Below are positions 1 to 10,229 of a stretch of DNA of 64,000 nucleotides, in pieces. Made by a program: the position numbers and the translations under genes. Origin of the DNA: Candidatus Latescibacterota bacterium (lineage in GTDB: Bacteria > Latescibacterota > UBA2968 > UBA8231); the NCBI GenBank assembly GCA_965261395.1, contig OZ253462.1:4864001-4928000 (forward strand), written 5' to 3'. Position 1 is the first letter of the stretch, and the number at the start of each line of letters is the position of its first letter. The notes below the pieces were generated by a model that was not told where the DNA came from, did no database searches, and saw only the letters and a program-made list of their open reading frames with translations.

Positions 1-847
1 CCCGCAGCCAAGCCCTGCCTCGGGCGACATTTTCATCGTCGGGCGCGATGGCTACGCCCTCCTCGGCGGCCTCCACTTTGCGGCCCAGCAGGCCCCAAGC
101 CTTCTCCCGCAACATGCCGATGTAGCCGAAGTAGTCCTGCGTGCCACCGCCGATTGCACCTAAGTAGGTGCCCAACTCCACCCAGGCCGAGCGCGCCGCC
201 ACCGCCGGATACTTGCTAATCAGCCAAGGATCATAAGCAGGCATGGTCGGCACGACCGAACCTATCAACACCGCCAGCCAATCCGGCTGCGCGGCCGCGG
301 CAGCCGTCAAGACCGAGAGCAGCAGGACGCCGACGACCACAGTCTGAAATTTCTCCAGCGCCCCATAGCTCTGGACCATAGTAATGGCGATGGCCAAGGC
401 GACAAAGGCCGTGCCCCACACGCGGGGATCGCCCCATATCGCCAGCCCCTCACAGCCCAAGATCCACACTGTCAGCCCGCCGAGCATCTTGGGCAAACCC
501 GACAGCCACAGCGGGAAACAAAGCACGGTCAGCACCGCCATAACCCACACCACCCAGCCCTGCGGCCCAGGCAAGAACTTCCAGCGTTCGAGCGGGTGTT
601 CCCCCGTCAGAGTCATGTAGCGCGCCGCCGTATAGACTTGGACGAACTTCATCAAGCCGCCGCCGATAAAGCACCACAGCAGTCCGTAGCCGAATACCGC
701 TCCGCCCCGCGAGGCGAAGACCGTCTCGCCGCTGCCGATCGTCACCGAGGCGATGATGGCACCCGGGCCAAAGATCCGCAGCATAGCCCCCAAACCGCGC
801 GCCTGCATGTCCTCGCTGAGCGCGGGATAACGCCGCACCTCACTCAT
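1..847 (-). CDS. Nramp/MntH-like (YcsG-type) metal or solute transporter, 3'-truncated by the window edge
   Basis: Manual translation from ATG at 847 (AGGAG RBS upstream): MSEVRRYPALS...FGPGAIIASVTIGSGETVFASRGGAVFGYGLLW...; many hydrophobic segments; not in the ORF track because it runs off the edge. Confidence 0.75.
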   Translation of the reverse strand, partial: MSEVRRYPALSEDMQARGLGAMLRIFGPGAIIASVTIGSGETVFASRGGAVFGYGLLWCFIGGGLMKFVQVYTAARYMTLTGEHPLERWKFLPGPQGWVVWVMAVLTVLCFPLWLSGLPKMLGGLTVWILGCEGLAIWGDPRVWGTAFVALAIAITMVQSYGALEKFQTVVVGVLLLSVLTAAAAAQPDWLAVLIGSVVPTMPAYDPWLISKYPAVAARSAWVELGTYLGAIGGGTQDYFGYIGMLREKAWGLLGRKVEAAEEGVAIAPDDENVARGRAWLR

Positions 848-880
848 CGAAGCAACTCCTATTTTATTGGTGGATCGCCC

Positions 881-909
881 ATAATATCGCTCCGGCTACC
901 GCTTGTCAA
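881..909 (-). promoter_or_regulatory. sigma70-type promoter for the Nramp-like gene
   Basis: TTGACA-N17-TATTAT on the minus strand, about 35 bp upstream of the start. Confidence 0.6.
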
Positions 910-950
910 ACACCCGGAACACAACCATATTTTTTGCGAGAGTTTATCTG

Positions 951-1805
951 ATGAATATCGCTAAAGCCATCGTGCCGGTAGCCGGCCTAGGCACCCGACT
1001 CCTGCCCACCACCAAATCCTTGCCCAAGGAAATGCTGCCGGTGGGCCGCCTACCGGTCGTCCACCACGTCGTCGAAGAGCTAGCAGCCGCGGGTATCCGC
1101 CAAATCCTCTTCATCACCGGGCGTGACAAGAGCGCGCTTGAGGATCACTTCGACGACAGCAGTGCGGCCTGTCACTTGGGCTACCGGGAGCGCGGCATCG
1201 AGTTTTTCTCCGTGCGCCAACCCCGGCCGCCCGGCACCGGTACTGCGGTCGCCGCCGGGGAGGCCTTTGCTGCCGGCGAGCCTTTTGTCGTAGCCTTCGG
1301 CGACAGCATCGTGCGCACATGCAGCGACCGCCCCCTGTTGCAGCGAATGATTGACTCGCACCTGCGCCATCGCGCCGCCGGCACCATCGGCGCGTACGAG
1401 GTGCCAGACGAGCAGATGCACCACTACGGCATCTTGGTGCCCGAAGTGCCCACAGCCGCAGATTCCAAGCTGACCGCCATCCTCGAAAAACCAACGCCCG
1501 CGCAAACCCCCAGCCGCTTGGCCGTTAGTGCGCGCTACGTGTTTTCTTCGGCCATTTTTGCCCACATCCACGCCACTCCGCCCTCTCCGAGCGGTGAGGT
1601 ATATCTCACCGACGCGATTGCCGCCCTAATCGCCGCCGGTGCCCCGGTGCGCGCCGTGCGCTTAGGTGCCGACGAAAAGCGCTGCGACATTGGCAACCAT
1701 CTATCCTATTTTGCGGCCTTTATCGACTACGCGCTCGACGACCCGGAATGGGGCGCGCAAATCCGCGCCTATATGCGAGACAAACTAGCGGGCGACTCAT
1801 CTTGA
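951..1805 (+). CDS. galU: UTP-glucose-1-phosphate uridylyltransferase
   Basis: KAIVPVAGLGTRLLPTTKSLPKEMLPV, LEKP and EVYLTDAI motifs; ATG at 951 preferred. Confidence 0.85.
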   Translation: MNIAKAIVPVAGLGTRLLPTTKSLPKEMLPVGRLPVVHHVVEELAAAGIRQILFITGRDKSALEDHFDDSSAACHLGYRERGIEFFSVRQPRPPGTGTAVAAGEAFAAGEPFVVAFGDSIVRTCSDRPLLQRMIDSHLRHRAAGTIGAYEVPDEQMHHYGILVPEVPTAADSKLTAILEKPTPAQTPSRLAVSARYVFSSAIFAHIHATPPSPSGEVYLTDAIAALIAAGAPVRAVRLGADEKRCDIGNHLSYFAAFIDYALDDPEWGAQIRAYMRDKLAGDSS

Positions 1806-1829
1806 CAGTTTCTTGCAAATCCCTAATGT
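1802..1829 (+). promoter_or_regulatory. putative sigma70 promoter
   Basis: TTGACA-N16-TAATGT upstream of the reductase gene. Confidence 0.45.
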
Positions 1830-1874
1830 TATAAAGTCAATTTGGACGACAATCACATAGAGGCGGTTTTAGGT

Positions 1875-4112
<2,238 letters not shown>

Positions 4113-4117
4113 GTCCC

Positions 4118-4696
4118 ATGGAAACCCTACAGCGCATCAACGTCAAATTCTATCTCGAAGATCCCAAGTCCCTATCGGCCCAAGAGGCCTTTCGCGTATT
4201 CAATAGTTGGATTCCGACGACCCCAGACGAAGTCCTCATCGACGTGGCCGACTACAGTCATCTAGATGAGGGACCGCTGACCCTGCTCGTCGGCCACGAA
4301 GCCAACTACAGCCTCGATAACCACAGCGCCGAGCTGGGCTTGCTCTACTCGCGCAGTCAGCCCGCCGACGGCGACCTGACTGAGCGGCTGGCCAGCGCAT
4401 TCAAAGCTGCGCTCACCGCCTGCCGACGCCTCGAAGACGAGCCCAGCCTAGCGGGTAAAGTCAAATTTCGTCGCGGCGATGTGCTCCTAGTAGCCAACGA
4501 TCGCCTCAACGCAACCAACGACGACGCGGGCGAAAACGCCCTGCGGGCCGCCCTCGGGCCGGTACTCGCGCAACTCTTCGCCGGCACCGAATACGCAGTG
4601 GAACGCGACCCAGCCCCTCAACTGCGCCTCAACCTGAGAATACGCTGCCAAACCGACGGCGACACGGCGACCCTGCTGGGCAATCTCACCGCTTGA
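4118..4696 (+). CDS. conserved hypothetical protein
   Basis: ATG 5 nt after the reductase stop (METLQRINVKFYLED...LIDVADYSHLDEGPLTLLVGHEANYSLD); host-like codon usage. Confidence 0.7.
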   Translation: METLQRINVKFYLEDPKSLSAQEAFRVFNSWIPTTPDEVLIDVADYSHLDEGPLTLLVGHEANYSLDNHSAELGLLYSRSQPADGDLTERLASAFKAALTACRRLEDEPSLAGKVKFRRGDVLLVANDRLNATNDDAGENALRAALGPVLAQLFAGTEYAVERDPAPQLRLNLRIRCQTDGDTATLLGNLTA

Positions 4697-4720
4697 CAGA
4701 GGCAAAGAGGCCCGTATTTT
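4693..4720 (+). promoter_or_regulatory. putative sigma70 promoter for the ferredoxin gene
   Basis: TTGACA-N16-TATTTT. Confidence 0.45.
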
Positions 4721-4779
4721 TGCGATAGTTCCCAGCTCAAAGAAACAATGAAGCAATAGCATCTTATTGGGAGGAACCC

Positions 4780-5094
4780 ATGGCTTACTACATCACCGAA
4801 ACCTGCATCGACGTCAAAGACAAGGCCTGCGTTGAGGTTTGCCCCGTGGACTGCATCCATCCGATCGACGGCGACGGCGAACCCATGCTCTACATCGACC
4901 CGGACGAGTGCATCGATTGCGGTGCCTGCGAGCCGGAGTGCCCGGTCGAGGCGATCTTCGCCGAAGAGGACATGCCCGAGGACCAAGACCGCTTCGTCGA
5001 GATCAACACCAAGTACTTTGAGCTGCGCGATGACACCGAAGAATGGGACCAGTGGAAGCAGGGACACGCGGCCGAATTCGAAAAGACCAGCTAG
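4780..5094 (+). CDS. fdxA: dicluster (7Fe/8Fe) ferredoxin, FdxA type
   Basis: CIDVKDKACVEVCPVDC and IDPDECIDCGACEPECP motifs; GGAGG RBS. Confidence 0.9.
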   Translation: MAYYITETCIDVKDKACVEVCPVDCIHPIDGDGEPMLYIDPDECIDCGACEPECPVEAIFAEEDMPEDQDRFVEINTKYFELRDDTEEWDQWKQGHAAEFEKTS

Positions 5095-5108
5095 GACGCC
5101 CGCTCTTC

Positions 5109-5155
5109 GCGCAAAAAAGCCGGGACGCCCCACGGGTTTCCCGGCTTTTTCGCGC
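5109..5155. terminator. intrinsic terminator, probably bidirectional
   Basis: AAAAAAGCCGGGA...TCCCGGCTTTTT hairpin. Confidence 0.75.
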
Positions 5156-5219
5156 TTGACGATATCGGACCCACCTCGCTTATTTTTTTGCCTAACGAGC
5201 ATTGCCGGAGATAGCATAC

Positions 5220-6230
5220 ATGGCGAAGACAACTGCCCGCAAAAAACCCAAAGCAAAGAAAACCAAGCTCCGGGCCACGCCCGACAAACTGTGGTTTATG
5301 TACCGCAAGATGTCGGAGATCCGCCTCTTTGAAGAGCACGTCTGGGATGTCTATACCCGCGGACTGATGCCCGGCCTAGCCCACCTCTACATTGGCGAGG
5401 AAGGCGTGGCCGTAGGCACTTGCGCGGTCCTCCGCGACGACGACTATATCACCAGCACGCACCGCGGCCACGGACACTGTCTGGCCAAGGGAGGCCAACT
5501 CGACCGCATGATGGCCGAAATCATGGGCAAGGAAGCCGGCTATTGCCGCGGCAAGGGCGGCTCCATGCACATCGCCGATATGTCGGTGGGCATCCTCGGG
5601 GCCAATGGCATTGTCGGTGGCGGCTTTGGCATCTGCACCGGTGCCGGCCTCTCGGCCAAGCTGCGCGGCACCGATCAAGTGGGCGTCTGCTTCTTCGGCG
5701 ACGGCGCTGCCAACCAAGGCATCATGCTCGAAACCATCAACATGGCCGTGATCTGGAACCTGCCGGTCATCTACATTTGCGAGAACAACCAGTACGGCGA
5801 GCACACCCCCTACGAGAGCGTCACCGGCGTCACTGACATCGCCGACCGCGCCAAGGGGCTTGGCCTCGAAGGGATCATCGCCGACGGTGCCGATGTGCTG
5901 GACATGTGCGAAAAAGTAACCGCCGCGGTGACCAAGGCGCGCAAGGGCCACGGCCCTAGCCTGATCGAAGCTAAAACCTACCGCTACCACGGGCACCACG
6001 TCGGCGACGCCCAGACCTACCGCACCCGCGATGAGGTCGGCTGGTGGTCTGAGAACAAGGACCCCATTCGCCTCTTGGGCCAGTATATGGTCGCCAACCG
6101 GGTCGCCAAACAGGCCGAGCTCGACACCCTGTACGAGCAAGTGGAGCGCGAGGTACTAGACGCCATCGAATTCGGCAAAGAAGCCGCCTTCCCTCCGCCA
6201 GAACAAGCTTTTGAGGATATATATGCCTGA
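5220..6230 (+). CDS. TPP-dependent dehydrogenase E1 alpha (acetoin/pyruvate DH family)
   Basis: HLYIGEE, STHRGHGH, GKGGSMH, GDGAANQG...ENNQY and YRYHGH motifs. Confidence 0.9.
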   Translation: MAKTTARKKPKAKKTKLRATPDKLWFMYRKMSEIRLFEEHVWDVYTRGLMPGLAHLYIGEEGVAVGTCAVLRDDDYITSTHRGHGHCLAKGGQLDRMMAEIMGKEAGYCRGKGGSMHIADMSVGILGANGIVGGGFGICTGAGLSAKLRGTDQVGVCFFGDGAANQGIMLETINMAVIWNLPVIYICENNQYGEHTPYESVTGVTDIADRAKGLGLEGIIADGADVLDMCEKVTAAVTKARKGHGPSLIEAKTYRYHGHHVGDAQTYRTRDEVGWWSENKDPIRLLGQYMVANRVAKQAELDTLYEQVEREVLDAIEFGKEAAFPPPEQAFEDIYA

Positions 6231-7206
6231 TCGGGACATGCTGTTTAGAGAGGCGCTCGGCCTAGCCACGGCCGAGGAAATGCGCCGCGACGAGACCATC
6301 TTTGTCATGGGCGAAGACGTGGGGGCCTCTGGCGGCATCTTCAAATGCTGCGAGGGCCTCTTTGAGGAATTCGGCGCTGAGCGCGTCATCGACACCCCCA
6401 TTGCCGAGGCGGGCTATATCGGTCTCGGCGTCGGTGCCGCCATGACCGGTATGCGTCCGCTGTGCGAACTGATGTTCGGCGACTTTTCGCTGTTGACCAT
6501 GGACCAGATCGTCAATCAGGCCGCCAAGATCCGCTACATGTCGGGCGGTCAGTGTAAGGTGCCGCTGACAATCCGGCTGTCGATGGGGGCCGGACGGTCT
6601 TCCGCCGCGCAGCACTCGCAGAGCCTGCATGCGATCTTCGCCCACATCCCCGGCCTCAAAGTCGCCGTCCCTGCGACCCCACGCGACGCCAAGGGGCTGC
6701 TCAAGACCGCGATCCGCGACGACAACCCCGTGCTGTTCTTTGAAGACAAGATGATGTACAACGACTCCGGCCCCGTGCCCGAAGAAGACGACTTTCTCAT
6801 TCCCTTTGGCGAGGCCGAGATCAAACGCGCCGGTACCGACCTGACTCTCGTCGCCACCTCCAGCATGGTCGGCCTCGCCTTGGCCGCCGCGGAGGAGCTT
6901 GCCGCCCAAGGCCTAGAAGCCGAGGTCATCGATCCGCGCACCCTAGTGCCTCTGGACAAGGAGACTCTGCTCGCCTCGGTGCGCAAAACCGGCTATGCTG
7001 TCGTGATTGATGAAGGCGTCGAGCGCTACGGCACCACGGCTGAACTCGCTTCCATCCTCAACGCCGAGGCATTCGACTGGCTCGACGCACCCGTCTTGCG
7101 CATCGGCGCAGCCGACGTGCCCATCCCCTTCAGTCCCACCCTCGAGATACCGACCATTCCCAGCCAAGAGCGCATCGTCGAAACCGTCCTCTCCCAGCGA
7201 GGTTAG
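6223..7206 (+). CDS. TPP-dependent dehydrogenase E1 beta
   Basis: GEDVG, DTPIAE, DQIVNQAAK, AQHSQS and IDPRTLVPLD motifs; overlaps the alpha stop. Confidence 0.9.
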   Translation: MPDRDMLFREALGLATAEEMRRDETIFVMGEDVGASGGIFKCCEGLFEEFGAERVIDTPIAEAGYIGLGVGAAMTGMRPLCELMFGDFSLLTMDQIVNQAAKIRYMSGGQCKVPLTIRLSMGAGRSSAAQHSQSLHAIFAHIPGLKVAVPATPRDAKGLLKTAIRDDNPVLFFEDKMMYNDSGPVPEEDDFLIPFGEAEIKRAGTDLTLVATSSMVGLALAAAEELAAQGLEAEVIDPRTLVPLDKETLLASVRKTGYAVVIDEGVERYGTTAELASILNAEAFDWLDAPVLRIGAADVPIPFSPTLEIPTIPSQERIVETVLSQRG

Positions 7207-7210
7207 GCTT

Positions 7211-8119
7211 TTGTCGCGCCCGATTTGCTTAGTCACGGGCTCTTCGAGCGGGATTGGCGCGGCCATCATCCGCCAATACGCCGCCCAAGGCTACGACGTG
7301 GTGGTCCACTACAACTCCGGCGAGGAGCGCGCCGCCCAGATCGCCGCGGCCATTCGCGCCGAGCACGCAGTCGAAGCCCTAGTCCTCGGTGCCGATCTCT
7401 CGCAGCCAGAGGCCCCTTTCGAACTAGTGGACCGCACCTTCGCGCATTTCGGTCGCCTCGACGTGGCAATCAGCAACAGCGGCGTGCCCAACTACGTCGC
7501 CGACGAACAGGGCCAACTCGTCCGCTACCACTTTAGCGAAACTCCGGTCGAACACCTCGACAAAGAGATGGACCGCGTCCTCAGCCTCAACCTCATGGGG
7601 GCCTACCGGCTGGCCCAACGCGCCCTCAAGCACATGGTGGAACAAGCCGCGCAAGAAGCGGATCCCCTCCACCGCAGCATCCTCTTGATTACTTCCATCT
7701 CGGATATTGCCCCCGAGAGCACCCGCATTCCCTACGGCGTCAGCAAAGCCGGCCTCAACCACGTGGTCGCAGGCGCAGCTTTCGACGGCGGTCCGCACAA
7801 CATCACGGTCAACGCCCTGCGCCCCGGCGTCGTCGATACGCCGATGACGAGCCGCCCCTCGGGCGTGGAAGATCCGCAATCGGGCCGCGAATTCACCGTG
7901 GCCGAGATCTACGGTCTAATGGCCGAAGGGGGTTCCCAACCTATTCGCCGCATCGGACGCCCCGAGGACATTGCCTTCGCCGCCTACGCCTTCACTCAGA
8001 TCCCCTACATGACCGGCCAGCTCATCGCCGTTGACGGCGGCTTTACCCTGCCCGGCAACTTTCCCAACCGCGAGGTCTTTCTCCAAGAGGGCTTGCGGAA
8101 GCGGCAATCTAGTTCCTGA
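7211..8119 (+). CDS. short-chain dehydrogenase/reductase
   Basis: TGSSSGIG, YGVSK (YxxxK), VNALRPG and VDGG motifs; TTG start inferred. Confidence 0.85.
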   Translation: MSRPICLVTGSSSGIGAAIIRQYAAQGYDVVVHYNSGEERAAQIAAAIRAEHAVEALVLGADLSQPEAPFELVDRTFAHFGRLDVAISNSGVPNYVADEQGQLVRYHFSETPVEHLDKEMDRVLSLNLMGAYRLAQRALKHMVEQAAQEADPLHRSILLITSISDIAPESTRIPYGVSKAGLNHVVAGAAFDGGPHNITVNALRPGVVDTPMTSRPSGVEDPQSGREFTVAEIYGLMAEGGSQPIRRIGRPEDIAFAAYAFTQIPYMTGQLIAVDGGFTLPGNFPNREVFLQEGLRKRQSSS

Positions 8120-8179
8120 CACAGACAACGGGCTGTCTGCGCCGTCTTGCGGCAAGGATCCTCTTCGGCCTCAAGTTCC

Positions 8180-8389
8180 ATGGAAGAATTGTTCCACGTC
8201 AGTGCCCGGCCCGGCATAACCCGCTTTGAGCCGCGTCCCCCACCTCCGGGCAATACCACCCATACCGGCCGCATGGTCTGGGCCGTGGGCCAGCGCCTGC
8301 TGCACAATTATTTAGTACCGCGCGACTGTCCCCGGGTCACCTTCTACACTGGTCCTAAGACTAGTGCCGAGGACGCCGAGCGCTTTTGA
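8180..8389 (+). pseudogene. truncated DUF6886-like gene
   Basis: LFHVS..PGITRFEPRP...VWAV...LHNYLVPRDCPRVTFY; ends abruptly at a junction with island sequence. Confidence 0.6.
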
Positions 8390-8480
8390 GGAGTAGGAGC
8401 AAGCGCAGCATGGGAACCTCCGTGAAAGAACATGGGTTGGCAAAGATCTATCCGTGAAGAATTCGTTCAACGGGTGGGGG

Positions 8481-10160
8481 TCAATCGTCCACATAGACCG
8501 GCGCGGGCAGGCCCTCCAGTGAGCAGAAGGGCACTGCGTCGGCGACGGGTTTGGCCGCCCCGAGGAGCGGTAGCTCGTAGGGATCAGCCGCGGAAAAATC
8601 AACCGTGTAGCCCAGATCGCTCAGCGCTCCAAGTGTTATGGCTGAAAGGGCATTAGTACTACCTCCTCGAGACATAAGCTCGCCGTATAGAACGCCAAAA
8701 TGCCAATGGGCTCCATTTTGTTCTGTTGGAACTTTTGCACCTTGATAATTGGTGCCCCCGGCTTGATCAAACGCCGCAATCGCTTGCGGCCCAGCAAAAT
8801 GAGCATCAGCACCATGTAGATCGCGAAGCATGCCGCTATCTTTCCAGCCATTACCACCGACACTGTTATATTGGTCCCCTTCCGTATAATTCCAGGTAGT
8901 ACCGATTCCCAAACTATGACCTATTTCATGGAGTGCTGTATTCCATAGGTCATCGGGGCGATTTGAAAGTTCTCGTTCGTTAAGCTGAACACAACTCATA
9001 ATCGGCAAGGCGCTTGAACGCGCTAGCATGATAGACATCTGGCCCTGTGGTGCGCTTTCCTCGAAGGAGTATTTCGCCACATAAATTCGTAGGTCATCTA
9101 TGCGGTCGCCAGCAGGTATGGTAAAGAAATTGCCCATGCCATTGGTTATGCCACATCCTTCGCGATCTGGCTTAGAAAACGTGTAATCTGGAATGTCTGC
9201 TTGGATCGCCGCTTCCCAACGATCCGCAGCACGGCGCAATATATCCTGTTCCTGCCTTGTGAAATAACCAATAAAGACTAACTCAATATCGAAGGGACTT
9301 TCCGGAAACATACGCTCATAAGGCGAAAGACCTACCTCGACACCACGGCGTCTAAGCGCGGGGACATGTTCATTGATAGAGGCTTCACTTAAGAAATTGG
9401 CCCGAACATCTAGTTGTCGTAGCCTATCTAAGTGGACCAACGGCGTCACATCCGAAATCGCATTGTGAGAAAGACCTAAGGTTTGCAGATTGACTAAGGA
9501 AGCCAACGGCGTCACATCCGAAATCGCATTGTGAGAAAGACCTAAGGTTTGCAGATTGACTAAGGAAGCCAACGGCGGCACATCCGAAATCGCATTGTGA
9601 GAAAGATCTAAGGTTTGCAGATTGACTAAGGAAGCCAACGGCGGCACATCCGAAATCGCATTGCCTCTAAGATATAGATAGCGCAGATGGGGTAAGCTGG
9701 CCAACGGGGTCAGATCCGAAATCTCATTGCCAGCCATCGCTACGTTTTGCAGATTCGTCGCCGCTTCTAAGCCGATCAGGCTCTTAATCCCTAAGCCGTG
9801 TCCAAGCAGAAGGGACTCTATCGTATTCATCTCCGCCTGCGTGATCGTCGCCCCGCGACGCTTCTTGAGCACCTTCTCGATGTATCTGCGCAGCGCCGCA
9901 TCCGGGATCACCACCGCAGCCGTCGGCGAGGAAACCGAACCCGACGACGAGGTGTCCGGCGACGAAGATGAAGAACTGTCCGGCGACGACGAGGCGGTAC
10001 TGTCAGACGCCGTATCCCCGTCCGACTCTTGGAGGGAGTCGAACAAGTCGAACAAGTCGGCAAAGTCGCTGGTTCGTTTGCCCGCTGGCGCGGTCGGTGG
10101 CGGCTCTTTCGAGCAAGACAGACCAACCAATAGGGCGAGGAAGAGAATCAAACGCAGCAT
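8481..10160 (-). CDS. lipoprotein with internalin-like LRRs fused to a zinc metalloprotease (leishmanolysin/M8-like)
   Basis: Lipobox GLSC, Ser/Asp linker, 22-aa LRRs, HEIGHSLG, GAHWH and ELM motifs. Confidence 0.8.
   Translation of the reverse strand: MLRLILFLALLVGLSCSKEPPPTAPAGKRTSDFADLFDLFDSLQESDGDTASDSTASSSPDSSSSSSPDTSSSGSVSSPTAAVVIPDAALRRYIEKVLKKRRGATITQAEMNTIESLLLGHGLGIKSLIGLEAATNLQNVAMAGNEISDLTPLASLPHLRYLYLRGNAISDVPPLASLVNLQTLDLSHNAISDVPPLASLVNLQTLGLSHNAISDVTPLASLVNLQTLGLSHNAISDVTPLVHLDRLRQLDVRANFLSEASINEHVPALRRRGVEVGLSPYERMFPESPFDIELVFIGYFTRQEQDILRRAADRWEAAIQADIPDYTFSKPDREGCGITNGMGNFFTIPAGDRIDDLRIYVAKYSFEESAPQGQMSIMLARSSALPIMSCVQLNERELSNRPDDLWNTALHEIGHSLGIGTTWNYTEGDQYNSVGGNGWKDSGMLRDLHGADAHFAGPQAIAAFDQAGGTNYQGAKVPTEQNGAHWHFGVLYGELMSRGGSTNALSAITLGALSDLGYTVDFSAADPYELPLLGAAKPVADAVPFCSLEGLPAPVYVDD
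9430..9665. repeat. near-identical 66-bp LRR-coding tandem repeats
   Basis: ...taaggtttgcagattgactaaggaagccaacggc... repeated 3 times with a 66-bp period. Confidence 0.85.
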
Positions 10161-10229
10161 GGGAAACCTCCGTTGCAAATAAAAAATCTCCGTTGCAAAT
10201 TCAACGCGTAGTTCGTGCGTATCCTACGG

